A DNA stretch of 64,000 nt from the human T2T-CHM13v2.0 reference genome, Homo sapiens. The DNA lies in NCBI GenBank assembly GCA_009914755.4, contig CP086569.2:16672001-16736000 (forward strand), read 5' to 3'. Shown in pieces: positions 53,301 through 64,000 of the stretch. Position numbers and translations under genes: made by a program. Below the pieces are notes generated by a model that did no database searches, was not told where the DNA came from, and worked only from the letters and a program-made list of their open reading frames with translations. Position 1 is the stretch's first letter, and every line of letters starts with the position of its first letter.

Positions 53301-56300
53301 ACACAAAAGAATGGAAATCATAATAAACAGTCTCTCAGTCCACAGTGCCATCAAATTAGAACTAAGGATTAAGAGACTCACTCAAAACTACGCAACTACA
53401 TGGAAACTGAAGAACCTGCTCCTGAATGACTACTGGGTAAACAAGCAAATAAAGGCATAAATAATGGCATTCTTCAAAATGTACCATAATCTCTGGGACA
53501 TAGCTAAAGCAGTGTGTACAGGGAAGACAATGTACCATAATCTCTAGGACATAGCTAAAGCAGTGTGTACGGGGAAATTTATAGCACTAAATGCCCATAT
53601 TAGAAGGCAGTAAATATGTAAAATTGATATCATAACATCACAATTAATAGAACTAAAGAAGCAAGGGCAAGCAAATTCAGAAGCTAGCAGAAGACAAAAA
53701 AATAACTAAGATTAGAGCAGAATGGAAGAAGAGACAAGAAAAACTCTTGAAAAAATTAATAAATCTAGAAGCAGTTGTTTTTAAAGATTAACATAGTAGA
53801 TAGACCACTAGCCAGACTAAAAAAGAAGAAGAGAGAAGAATCAAATAGACAAAATAAAAAACGGTAAATGATAAAGGGAATATCACCACTATTCCTAGAG
53901 AAATACAAACTACCATCAGAGAATATTATAAAAACCTCTTAGCTAAGAAACTAGAAAACCCATAAGAAATGAATAAATTACTGGACATATACTCCCTCTC
54001 AAGACTAAATCAGGAAGAAGTTGAATCCCTGAATAGAGCAATAACAAGTTCTGAAATTAAAGCTGTAATTAATAGCCAATCAACCAAAAAAAGCCCAGGA
54101 TGAGTTGAACTCACATCCAAATTCAACCAGAGGTAGAATTCCTTTTGAAACTGCCATTTCAGAAGGAAGACACCATTCCTTATGAAACTATTCCAAATGA
54201 TAGAAAAAGGGGCAATCCTCCCTAACTCATTTTATGAGGCCAGCATAATCCTGATTCCAAAACCTGGGAGACACACAAGAAACAAAATTTCAGGCCAGTA
54301 TCCCTGATAAACATCAATGTAAAAATCCTCAATGAAATACTGGAAAACCAAATTCAGCAGCACATCAAAAAGTTTATTCAGCACGATCAAGTCAGCTTCA
54401 TACCTGGGATGCAAGGCTGGTTCAACACATGAAAATCAATAAATGTAATCCATCACATAAACAGAACCAAGGACAAAAACCACATGATAACATTAATAGA
54501 CACAGAAAAGGCCTTCGATATAATTCAACACCACCTCATTCTAAAAACTCTCAGTAAACTAGGTATTGATGGAACATGTCTCAAAATAACAAGAGCTATT
54601 TATGACAAACCCATAACCAATATCATACTGAATGGGGAAAAGCTGGAAGCATTGCCTTCGAAAATAGGCACAAGACGAAGATGCCCTCTCTCACCACTCC
54701 TATTCAACACAGTATGAAGTTCTGGCTGGGACAATCGGGCAAGAGAAAGAAATAAAGAGTATTCAAATAGGAAGAGAGGAAGTCAAATTGTCTCTCTTTG
54801 CAGATGACATGATTGTATCTTCAGATAACGTGATTGTATATTTAAAAAACCTCATCATCTCAGCCCCAAAACTCCTTAAGCTGATAAGAAACTTCAGCAA
54901 ACTCTCAGGATACAGAAAAACATTCTTATACACCAACAGTAGACAAAGAGAGAGCCAAATTATACGTGAACTCCCATTCACAACTGCTACAAAAAAAAAA
55001 AAAAGGCCTAGGAAGACAACTTACAAGGGAGATCAACTACCTCTTCAAGGAGAACTACAAACCACTTGTCAGGGAAAGAAGAGAGGATACAAACAAATGG
55101 AAAAATATTCCAAGCTTATGGATAGGAAGAATCAATGTCATGAAAATGGCCATACTTTCCAAAGTAATGTATAGATTCAATGCTATTCCCATCAAGCTAC
55201 CAGTGAATTTCCTCACAGAACTGGAAAAAAAAATACTTTAAATTTCATATGGAAAAAAACAAAGCCTATATAGCCAAGACAATCCTCAGCAAAAAGAACA
55301 AAGCTGGAAGTATCGTGCTACCAGACTTCAAACTATACTACAAGGCAACAGTAACCAAAACAGCATGATACTGTTATGAAAACAGATACATATATGTAAC
55401 AATAGAACACAGCAGAGGCCTCAGAAATAACACCACACATCTACAACCATCTGATCTTCAACAAACTGACAAAAACAAGTAATAAGGAAAAGATTCCCTA
55501 TTTAATAAATGGTGCTGGGTAACTGGCTAGCCATACACAGAAATCAGAAACTGGACCCTTGCTTTACACCATATATAAAAATTCATTCAAGATGGATTAA
55601 AGACTTAAATGTAAAACCTAAAAAACATAAAAACCCTAGAAGAAAACCTAGACAATACCATTCAGGACATAGGCATGGGCAAATGCTTCATGACTAAAAT
55701 ATCAGAAGCAATTGGAACAAAAGCCAAAATGGACAAATATCATCTAAATAAACTAAAGAGCTTCTGCTCAGCAACATAAACTACAAATGTGATCTAATTA
55801 AACTAAAGAGCTCCTGCTGAGCAAATTAAACTATCATCAGAGTGAACAGGCAACCTACAGAATGGAAGACAATTTTTGCAATCTATCCATCTGACAAAGG
55901 GCTAAGGTCCATAATCTACAAGAACTTAAACAAATTTACAGGAAACAAGCAAACCGTCCCATCAAAAAGTGGGTGAAGGATATGAACAGACACTCCTCAA
56001 AAGAAGACATTTATGTGGCCATCAAATTTATGAAAAAAAGCTCATCATCACTGGTCATTATAGAAATGCAAATCAAAACCACAATGAGGTATCATCTCAC
56101 ACCAGTTATAATGGTGATCATTGAAAAGTCTGGAAACAACAGATGCTGGCAAGGATGCGGAGAAATAGAAACACTTTTACACTGTTGGTGTGGGTGTAAA
56201 TTAGTTCAACCATTGTGGAAGATGGTGTGGTGATTCCTCAAGGATCTCAAACTAGAAATACCATTTGACCTAGCAATCCCATTACTGAGCATATATCGAA

Positions 56301-56802
56301 AGGACTACAAATCATTCTGCTATAAAGACACATGCACACTTATGTTTATACAGCACTGTTTACAATATCAGAGACATGGAATCATGCTCATCAGTGATAG
56401 GGTGGATAAAGAAAATGTGGCATATATACATCATGGAATAGTATGCAACATAAAAAAGAATGAGTTCATGCCCTTTTCAGGGACACGGATGAAGATGAAA
56501 ACCATCATTCTCAGCAAACTAACACAGCAGAAAACCAAACTCTGCTTATTCTCACTCATAAGCAGGAGCCAAAGAATGAGAACACATGGACAAAGGGAGG
56601 GAAACATCACATACTGAGGCTGGTCAGGGGCTTGTGGGGAAGGGAAAGGAGAGCATTAGGAGAAATGCCTAATGCATGCAGGACTTAAAACCTAGTGTTG
56701 AAAGGTGCCGCAAACCACCAAGGTACATGTATACCTATGTAATAAACCTGTACTTTCAGCACATGTATCCCAGTATATAAAGTAAAATTAAAAAAAAAAA
56801 AA
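50301..56802 (+). mobile_element. Full-length L1 (older L1PA/L1PB-type, about 6.5 kb) with complete 5'UTR start, decayed ORF1/ORF2, 3'UTR and poly(A)
   Basis: The 5' end, gggcaagatggcagaataggaacagctc, matches the L1 5' terminus GGAGCCAAGATGGCCGAATAGGAACAGCTCC. The ORF1 region covers about 51640-52650 (ELVKEHVLTQCKGAKNLNKKLQELITRMTILKKNINDLMELKNTARELREAYTRFNSQ...). ORF2-derived ORFs include 53131-53460 (endonuclease C-terminus: [35 protein letters not shown]...[14 protein letters not shown]), 54484-54717 (RT: [34 protein letters not shown]), 54788-55241 (FADDMIV...) and 55973-56617. The 3' end is cctatgtaataaacctgtactttcagcacatgtatcccagtatataaagtaaaattaaaaaaaaaaaaa. Confidence 0.93.
52700..56500 (+). 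pseudogene. L1 ORF2 (endonuclease/reverse transcriptase) remnant, multiply frameshifted with stops
   Basis: See the L1 50301-56802 entry. The longest intact ORF2-derived stretch is about 128 aa. Confidence 0.88.
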
Positions 56803-59229
56803 GGAAAGAAAAGCAAACAACTGCTACTGGCTTAGTCCCAACAGGCTAAAAAGAAAACAAGCAAAATGTGTAAATAAGACACAGTCTCTGTATTAACTGT
56901 CCTGAACATCTTTGTAGAAGATATAAATGTTTTCAGCAAACACTTATAGTACAGGAAAAAGGCAATATACCTAATGCATTCAACAACATATGATCCATTA
57001 TTTCCTATTTTCCAGGTGTTTTGCTAAAAGCAGACTTCACTCTCTGCTGCTTCATATTACAACATAATTGAAGGATTTTTTTTCCTTGGCAATGGGAAGG
57101 TCAATGGTTGGGATCAATCAACCATTTGCCAGTATCATATTGAATTCTACTTTATCCTCCAGTTGTTGATGTTAGAGGTGAAAAAAATATTGAGGACCAC
57201 ACACCATACCGATGAGCTAGGTGAATGTGCTACCACAGACCACTGTCCACACGTTCACAATATCTTGGAATTTTCCAATCCTTGCCTCCACCTTTCGCTG
57301 GGTGAGTGATGGGCATAGGTAGCTAGGCTAATGATGGTAAAGATGTGTACCTGCCACAATCACAGGCAGCAAAATGCCTGCCATGCAATGAGCCTGTCTT
57401 TGGGATGATACCCATGGTTGAGAAGCTTCTTCTTCACATTGGCCATTTTACCCATATAAATAGTTTTGCTTGGGGGTACCTGAATTCTACCGTGCCACTG
57501 TCATTTAGGGCTAACAGTGAGGCAGCATATTTCCCTGACACCTTCATGAGCAAGAACTGGAGTGCATGGGCGCTGGCATGGGTGATTTCCACTCACTCAC
57601 TTCTCCACCCCTCATGGGAGTGGGAGTACCAGGTGAGGGAGTGCAGGAGCAAGATGGGCAATTTTGCTTGCCAGCAAGAGCAAACTCCATACTGGCCTCA
57701 CAGCAGCCTCTAGGGAAGGGTGCCTGTGACTCCTAAAGCCCCAGCGGAAGTGGTACAGTGCCTTTTTAGCTTTGCCATCTGCAGATGGTTTAAGCATTAA
57801 CAGCTCAGTGGAGGGTCAGTATGACAGTTTTTTGTACCAACACTTGTGGCACCCAAGTTCTTGTCCAGCATCCAAGAGGAATGAGATTGCACTAACAAAT
57901 TGAAGGTGGTAAATGTGAGGGATTTTTTTATTGCTGTTGAAAGTGGCTCTAAGTGTGAAGAGGAGCTGAAAAATGGATGGGGTGTGAAGGTAAGTCAGTC
58001 CAGCTGTTTCTGGCCAGACTCCTTTCGGATACTACACTGTCAAGCGTCCCTCTGCAATCAAGCCACTTTTCTCCAATGTCCAACCATAGTCTCTGACATC
58101 CAGCTGCTTCTCCTGTCTGCCGGCTGAGCCTGGGGTTCCTACAGGCACAGAATGGGGAGGTGGGATGGGCCCTGAGTGCTTTCGGAAAAGGCAACATATG
58201 AGCAGGAAAACAGAGATGTAAGTTCTCACTTCAGGTATGGTTCCAGGTTTTTTGGTTTGAGGGTGGGGTCTTCACCAGGGACCTTTCCTTTTCTGCCCAG
58301 AATTTCCCTGCCTCCTGTTTCTATCAAGATATGGGAAAGAACTATACTACTTGGATTGTGGTTCTCCAGTAAGTTCTGCACCAGGGATTGGAGTTGATAG
58401 CTGAAAATGTTCAAGATGAGAGAAAGGCTGTCTAGCCTGGGTTGAGCTAAATCATGCAAATTTAGTAAAGCCTTAATCCCCCAGGCTTCAGGCTTCATTC
58501 TTAAGGCTCTGAACCTGATTTGGAAGAAAGGCTCTTCCCTCACCCTGAGGTCATCATTCCCAGAAAGCCTAGGACATTGTGACTGACTGAACCTAACACT
58601 CTAATAATTAGTGACTACCAGTTTGGTCATTCTTGTAGTCTCATTACCCTAAGTTGAAACAAAAGTATCTCAACAATGAAAAGAAGAGGACCTTATTTTC
58701 AGGAACTTAATGGTAAAATAGGAAGGGCCATGAGGACACCACAACATGTACTTCATGGAAGCTTGGAGAAAAGCAGTCTGTATTCTGACTAGTAAAGTCA
58801 ATTGGGATGAGAAGACTTTTGATCAGGTCTCCAAGACGAGGCACAAGTTCAGTAACTAGATTGCGGGAAACAAGGTTTCCAGGAGAAGGTCATATTGAAG
58901 GTCAAAGATACAGGGCATTTTATAGCTTATTCTCCAAAGCTTAAGGTGTATTGTTCATCTGAAACTTAGAATAAATGATAGAAAGTAATGGAATCAAAGC
59001 CTAGTAGGATAATCAGATTATAGCTCTGCTAACGAGTGCAGAGAAAGCATCGCTGGTTAATGGCTGCTATGTATTTATTTTTTTTGGAATCCTTAAGAAT
59101 GAAATGCAGTTCTGTAAGAACATGAAAGGCAGTCTCTCGATGTTGTTTCTATGTATTCTTTCAAACAGCTATAGGAAAAACCAAAACATAAAAATGGTGA
59201 AATGTGACATAGTTTTTGAAAAGGCCTGT

Positions 59230-59532
59230 AGACTGGGCACAGTGGCTGATGCCTGCAATTTCAGCATTTTGGGAGACTGAAGTTGGTGGATTGCTTGAGC
59301 CCAGGAATTTGAGACCAGACTGGGTAACATAGTGTGACCCTGTATCTACAAAAACAAAAAACAAAAAACAAACCTGAGTATGGTGGTACATGACTGTAGT
59401 CACAGATACCCAAGAGGCTGAGGTAGTAGTATCACCAGAGACTGGGAGGTGGAAGCTGCATTGAGCTGTGATTATGCCACTGAACTCCAGTCTTGGTAAC
59501 ATAGTGAGACTCTGTCTCAAAAAAAAAAAAAA
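59230..59532 (+). mobile_element. Alu (AluJ-like, diverged) with poly(A) and an approximately 8-bp target-site duplication
   Basis: gactgggcacagtggctgatgcctgcaatttcagcattttgggagactgaagttggtggattgcttgagcccaggaatttgagaccagactgggtaacatagtgtgaccc...gctgcattgagctgtgattatgccactgaactccagtcttggtaacatagtgagactctgtctcaaaaaaaaaaaaa. Flanked by a(a/t)ggcctgta on both sides. Confidence 0.88.
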
Positions 59533-62525
59533 TGGCCTGTAACTAAAATTCACATAAAATTATTGAGGTTTTCGGAGCTTACCTATAACTAGATTTAGTA
59601 AGGAAAAAGAATATCAATATTGGTTTGACAATTTTTGGTGGCATGGACTCTGATAATGTACTTAATGGATAGTTTACTCTTCCTTCAAGAAAATGCCCCA
59701 CATACAGAGAGGAGACACATCACAGGGACTCTAATTACATTAAGGACCCAGGTTAAAAATCTAATTTTATTTTTTAGGATGAGGAAAGTAATTTTGCGGG
59801 GATAGTTCCTTCTGGAATGTGCCCCATTTGCCATAGACAAAAAAAAAGAAAGAGTTGAAGCAAAAAAAATGTGTCTTTCTTGGTGGTGGATCTCAGCAGG
59901 TGGTGGGTCTGGCTACCCAGAAATGATTGTATTCTATGCAGAGTAAGGTCAGCATATGCCAGTGTCCTCTGTGGAACTCATATGTGAAATCCTGTGCTGT
60001 AAGTTTTCATGTGTGTCATCTCCTTTCAATCCCAGTACACTATCTAATATAGTTTCCACCATACTCCCTCTAAGAATGAAGATACCACACTTGAATACTT
60101 CCCTGAAGATCAAAGATCTAGCTGATGGTGGAGATAGGATTCAAACTTTACTATCTACAAGCAGTGTTTTTTTTAACTGGACTGCTTTAACTCATATCCT
60201 CTTCTGATACTTTAAGAAAGCAGTGATAATATTGTACACATAAGCCCAATTAAAGAAGCCCCAATATTAGTGTTGCTCAGAGAAATGAATGGGGTCAACT
60301 CAAATTGTGATGGCTCCAAGTACCAATTTTTCCTTATAAATAAAGAAAATATGTCTTGTTTAACTAGACTGGGAGACTTTTTCAATGTAGCCATGAAATA
60401 CAAAGCAAAAGGTCAAATTTATAGGTAATTCAATAAAAGAAATTTTCTGAGCTAGTATCAGTTGCCTAATATAGAATATAAGAGAAAGATGTACATCACA
60501 TAATTACCTAACAAAACAAGTGTCTTCCTATGCTTGCATTAGGAATTGTGCACTGAAATATTACATAGAAATATTTATCAGTTTCTGATGGCTGTGTGAG
60601 ATGAATCTCCAATGGGGTTTCTCAGTCCATCAAACTCTTGGTTTCTCAGTTTAGCTGTGATTCCTTCTTCATCCAATAAGTGCAGCATACATTTGCAGAA
60701 TGCTGGTTGTTTCAACCAGCTCACACTTTAGAAAATAATACTGCTGGTAAGACAGTGAGTCATATTATCCCCTTAAGTTTGGACCATAGTGAGAATTTCA
60801 ACCAAAATTAATTCAAGAAATAATGATTGCACAGCTACAATGTGCTGAGCTGTGTTCTAGATACTGGGGAATACACAAAGATGGCCAATTACAGATTAAA
60901 TCCTTAAGATGGTTGTAAAGGAGAGAAACCAGGATTAATAAATGCACCCAAATGACTATCATAAAAGCAAACTGATATATCAGTTAGGAGCCAACCAGGA
61001 ACAGAGGGAATTGTACCAAGAGGGAATTGAATAGAGTGGATTGTACCACAGAGAGAACTGAATAGAGGGGACTTGTAACACATGTGCTGTCAATATGGAC
61101 AGAGTGAGGGAACTCAGAAGCTAGTAAGAGTGGAAAGCTGACACCAACCCTATACTGGATCATGAAAATGAGAAGCTGATGTTAATAAGCTCACTGAAGG
61201 CTGCAATGGTGAAGAGGGCAGGATTTTGAGCCATGCATAGAGAAGGTACATTATAAGAGGGGTGAGAAATATTCTGGATTTCCCCTTTTACCCCTCAGCG
61301 AATTTCCTGCTGGTGCATTCTAGCAGGAAGCCTGGTGACATGAATCTTGGAAAATAGTATCTGCATAGCTTAGGATCCCTATGATGCAAAACAGAGTTGG
61401 AGAATGGGGAGGACGGTAATTGGGGTGAGGCACTCCAAGGCATGCAAAGACACGAAGTGATAAACTAATCCAACATTATGGAGATTCAAAGAATCTAGGA
61501 GTTTGGGCAAAATGAGAAAAAGGATTCCAGGATCCTAGATTGTGGAGGGCTTTGTGTACTTGAGGAAGTCAATTTAGAAATATTTAATATATTTTAAGGA
61601 AATTAAAGGCATCTAGAAATATGCTGCATTTTTATCCTTTACTCCCTGCTCAGTAAATAGGACAGCAAACATCTTGTGCATGTATCCTTGGGATAATTTT
61701 CAATCAGAGATATATTTACCATCTGAAGTGTTTATCCACTGCTTGCTTTCCCTGCTTTTGTCTTTAGGCTTAGGCTGTTGTCACATGTTTTTCATCCTGA
61801 TACAGAGAAACAATGAAAACAAAGATAAAGTAGACAAATGAGCTTCCCAATTGGTTTTACTGACTTTTATTTGAGCCTTCTCTCTGAAGATCTCCAGTTA
61901 TTTAGGCACTAGGCTGAATCTGCATCATGGCATTTTGGTCTCTATAATTTTTCCACCTGGGAGAGATCTATTTCAAGTAACAATCACAATAATCTGGCTT
62001 GGTTTTGTGTTTAATTTTTCCTATCTGGACAACCCAGAAGGTTTTGGATGATTTCCATCAAGTGGAAAACTTCTCAAGAAGAAAAGCATGTCTGAACTCT
62101 GGATCAGGGTTGGCAAACTTTCTCTGCAAAGGGCTGGGTAGCAAATATTTTTGGTTTTCTGGGAGAGACAATGTCTGCCACAACTACTGCACTATGCTGT
62201 TGTAGTATGAACGTGCCATAAATGATGCATAAACAATTGGACCTGGCTGTGTCCCAATAAAACTTTATTTACAAAAAAGCAGGTGGAGGGCCACAGTTTG
62301 ACCACAACTGCTCTAGATTCTAGATGTTATTCATGAAATGCACATATACGGTATATCTATCTGCAAATATCCATGGTCAAACTTCTTTCTAATAAAAAGG
62401 TTTTGTGTTCTTTTGTTGTTGTTATTGTTGTTGTTGGCTGTGGATAAAATCAATAGTGTGAAAAAAAGATATTTTCCCTGGCAACCCTTTAAAGTTAAAA
62501 TTCAAATGGGCCATCCTTTAGTTGA

Positions 62526-62845
<320 letters not shown>

Positions 62846-63067
62846 TTTTTATTCTTTATTTTAAAGAAATACAATTTATTATGACACTAGTATGTAATAA
62901 TAATGGATATTACTATGCCCACATTACAAATTGAAAAGCTAAGGCTCAGAGGAAATAAGTGATTCACTTTAAGTTAAAGACCCACTGTTATTAAGGGAAG
63001 GAATTTAAAGAGACTGAGATCCATGGACCAAATGTTTCAAAATCTACTACAAAAATACTATTAAGTG

Positions 63068-63413
63068 TTGGGCACAGTGGCACTTGCCTGGAATGACAGA
63101 AGTTGGGAGGCATAGGCACCAGGATCACTTGAGTCCAGTAGTTTGAGACCAGCCTGGGCAACATAATGAGAACTGGTCTCTACAAAAAGAAATCATAAAT
63201 TAGCTGTGTATGATGGTAAGTACCTGCAGTTCCAGCTACTCGAGAGGCTGAGGCAGGAGGATCGCTTGAGCCCAGAAAGTTGAGGCTGTGTTGAGCTACA
63301 ATATGATCATGCCAGTGCACTCCAGCTTGGGGAACAGAGCAAGACCCTGTGTAAAAGTAAATAAATAAATAAACAAATAAATAAATAAATAAATAAATAA
63401 ATAAGTCTACATT
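63068..63413 (+). mobile_element. Alu (AluJ-like) with (AAAT)n-expanded tail
   Basis: ttgggcacagtggcacttgcctggaatgacagaagttgggaggcataggcaccaggatcacttgagtccagtagtttgagaccagcctgggcaacataatgagaac...gctgaggcaggaggatcgcttgagcccagaaagttgaggctgtgttgagctacaatatgatcatgccagtgcactccagcttggggaacagagcaagaccctgtgtaaaagt is followed by (aaat)n from about 63360 to 63413. Confidence 0.88.
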
Positions 63414-64000
63414 TTTTGTGAAGCATATTATGCATTTGATGCATTTGGTAAGAAAAGCAACTTATTTATTTACTTATTATTAGTCTTTTGAAATGCAGTC
63501 TCAGTCTGAGGTACTGAGCCCAGAAAAGAAAAGCAATGTAAAATGCCCTTATTGAATTTAAAAGAATAATGAAAGAGTATAGTGAAGCAGATGTCGTTCT
63601 ATTTACAAGAGTGATAGATAATGAGACTCTCTCCTTTCCATTTGTCCTTTCCTCTCAGTCAGGTTTGCTATCATGGAGGCTGCCCTTAACATAAACAGCA
63701 GGGCCCCAAATGCCAAGAAGGATACCTAGGAAAGTGATCATTCATGCAGTGTCCACTTTGGAAGAAATTTAGTAGACACTTGAACTCCGGCAGTGCCGCT
63801 TTGATACCCCATCGGTGCCAACTCAATTACCTGCTGTTTCTGCAGAGGAGGTATTTGTTCAGAAATGCTGGTGGGGTAAGCTGTGCTTCCAGATCCAATA
63901 CTCAATTCAATGAGCTGAAATTAACTGCCTCTCTGCAGCTAGAGAAAAAACAAGCCTCCCTTGCCATTTCCACAATGGTAAAGCAAATTAATTTATTTGC

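Overview
This window reads as primate (human-type) nuclear genomic DNA, not a prokaryotic locus. It is AT-rich by eye and densely packed with primate interspersed repeats. I found no prokaryotic-style system (operon, CRISPR array, defence island) and no convincing protein-coding exon, RNA gene or CpG island.

What I can support from the sequence:
- **Alu:** more than 20 Alu or Alu-fragment copies, including one young AluY with perfect target-site duplications and a long pure poly(A).
- **L1:** two long but dead L1 elements in opposite orientation (minus 20624-26338, slightly 5'-truncated; plus 50301-56802, full length), plus several L1 3' fragments, two with clear target-site duplications.
- **MaLR:** four THE1/MST-type LTRs, one nested inside an older L1.
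- **ERV cluster at about 5.3-9.4 kb:** a gammaretrovirus-like (HERV-W/HERV-9-like) gag remnant, an LTR7-like LTR, an HERV-K LTR5-type solo LTR on the minus strand, and a further unclassified LTR-like segment.
- **MADE1** (mariner-derived MITE) at 31699-31772.
- **Simple repeats:** many microsatellite and minisatellite tracts, including a roughly 255-bp compound (GAAA)n/(GA)n tract and CT-rich mirror repeats.

The supplied ORF track uses bacterial start codons, so it is unsuited to this DNA. Nearly every ORF in it is either a decayed L1 or ERV reading-frame remnant, a translation of low-complexity repeat (the KERKKE..., FFFF... and SLSF... peptides), or a chance ORF. Repeat family names are from memory of the consensus sequences and should be confirmed with RepeatMasker/Dfam; coordinates are approximate to within about 5-10 bp.

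I did not find a novel biological system. The more interesting items are the stacked ERV cluster, an Alu split by about 935 bp of unclassified inserted sequence, the young AluY, and the long unstable-looking GAAA and AT-rich repeat tracts.
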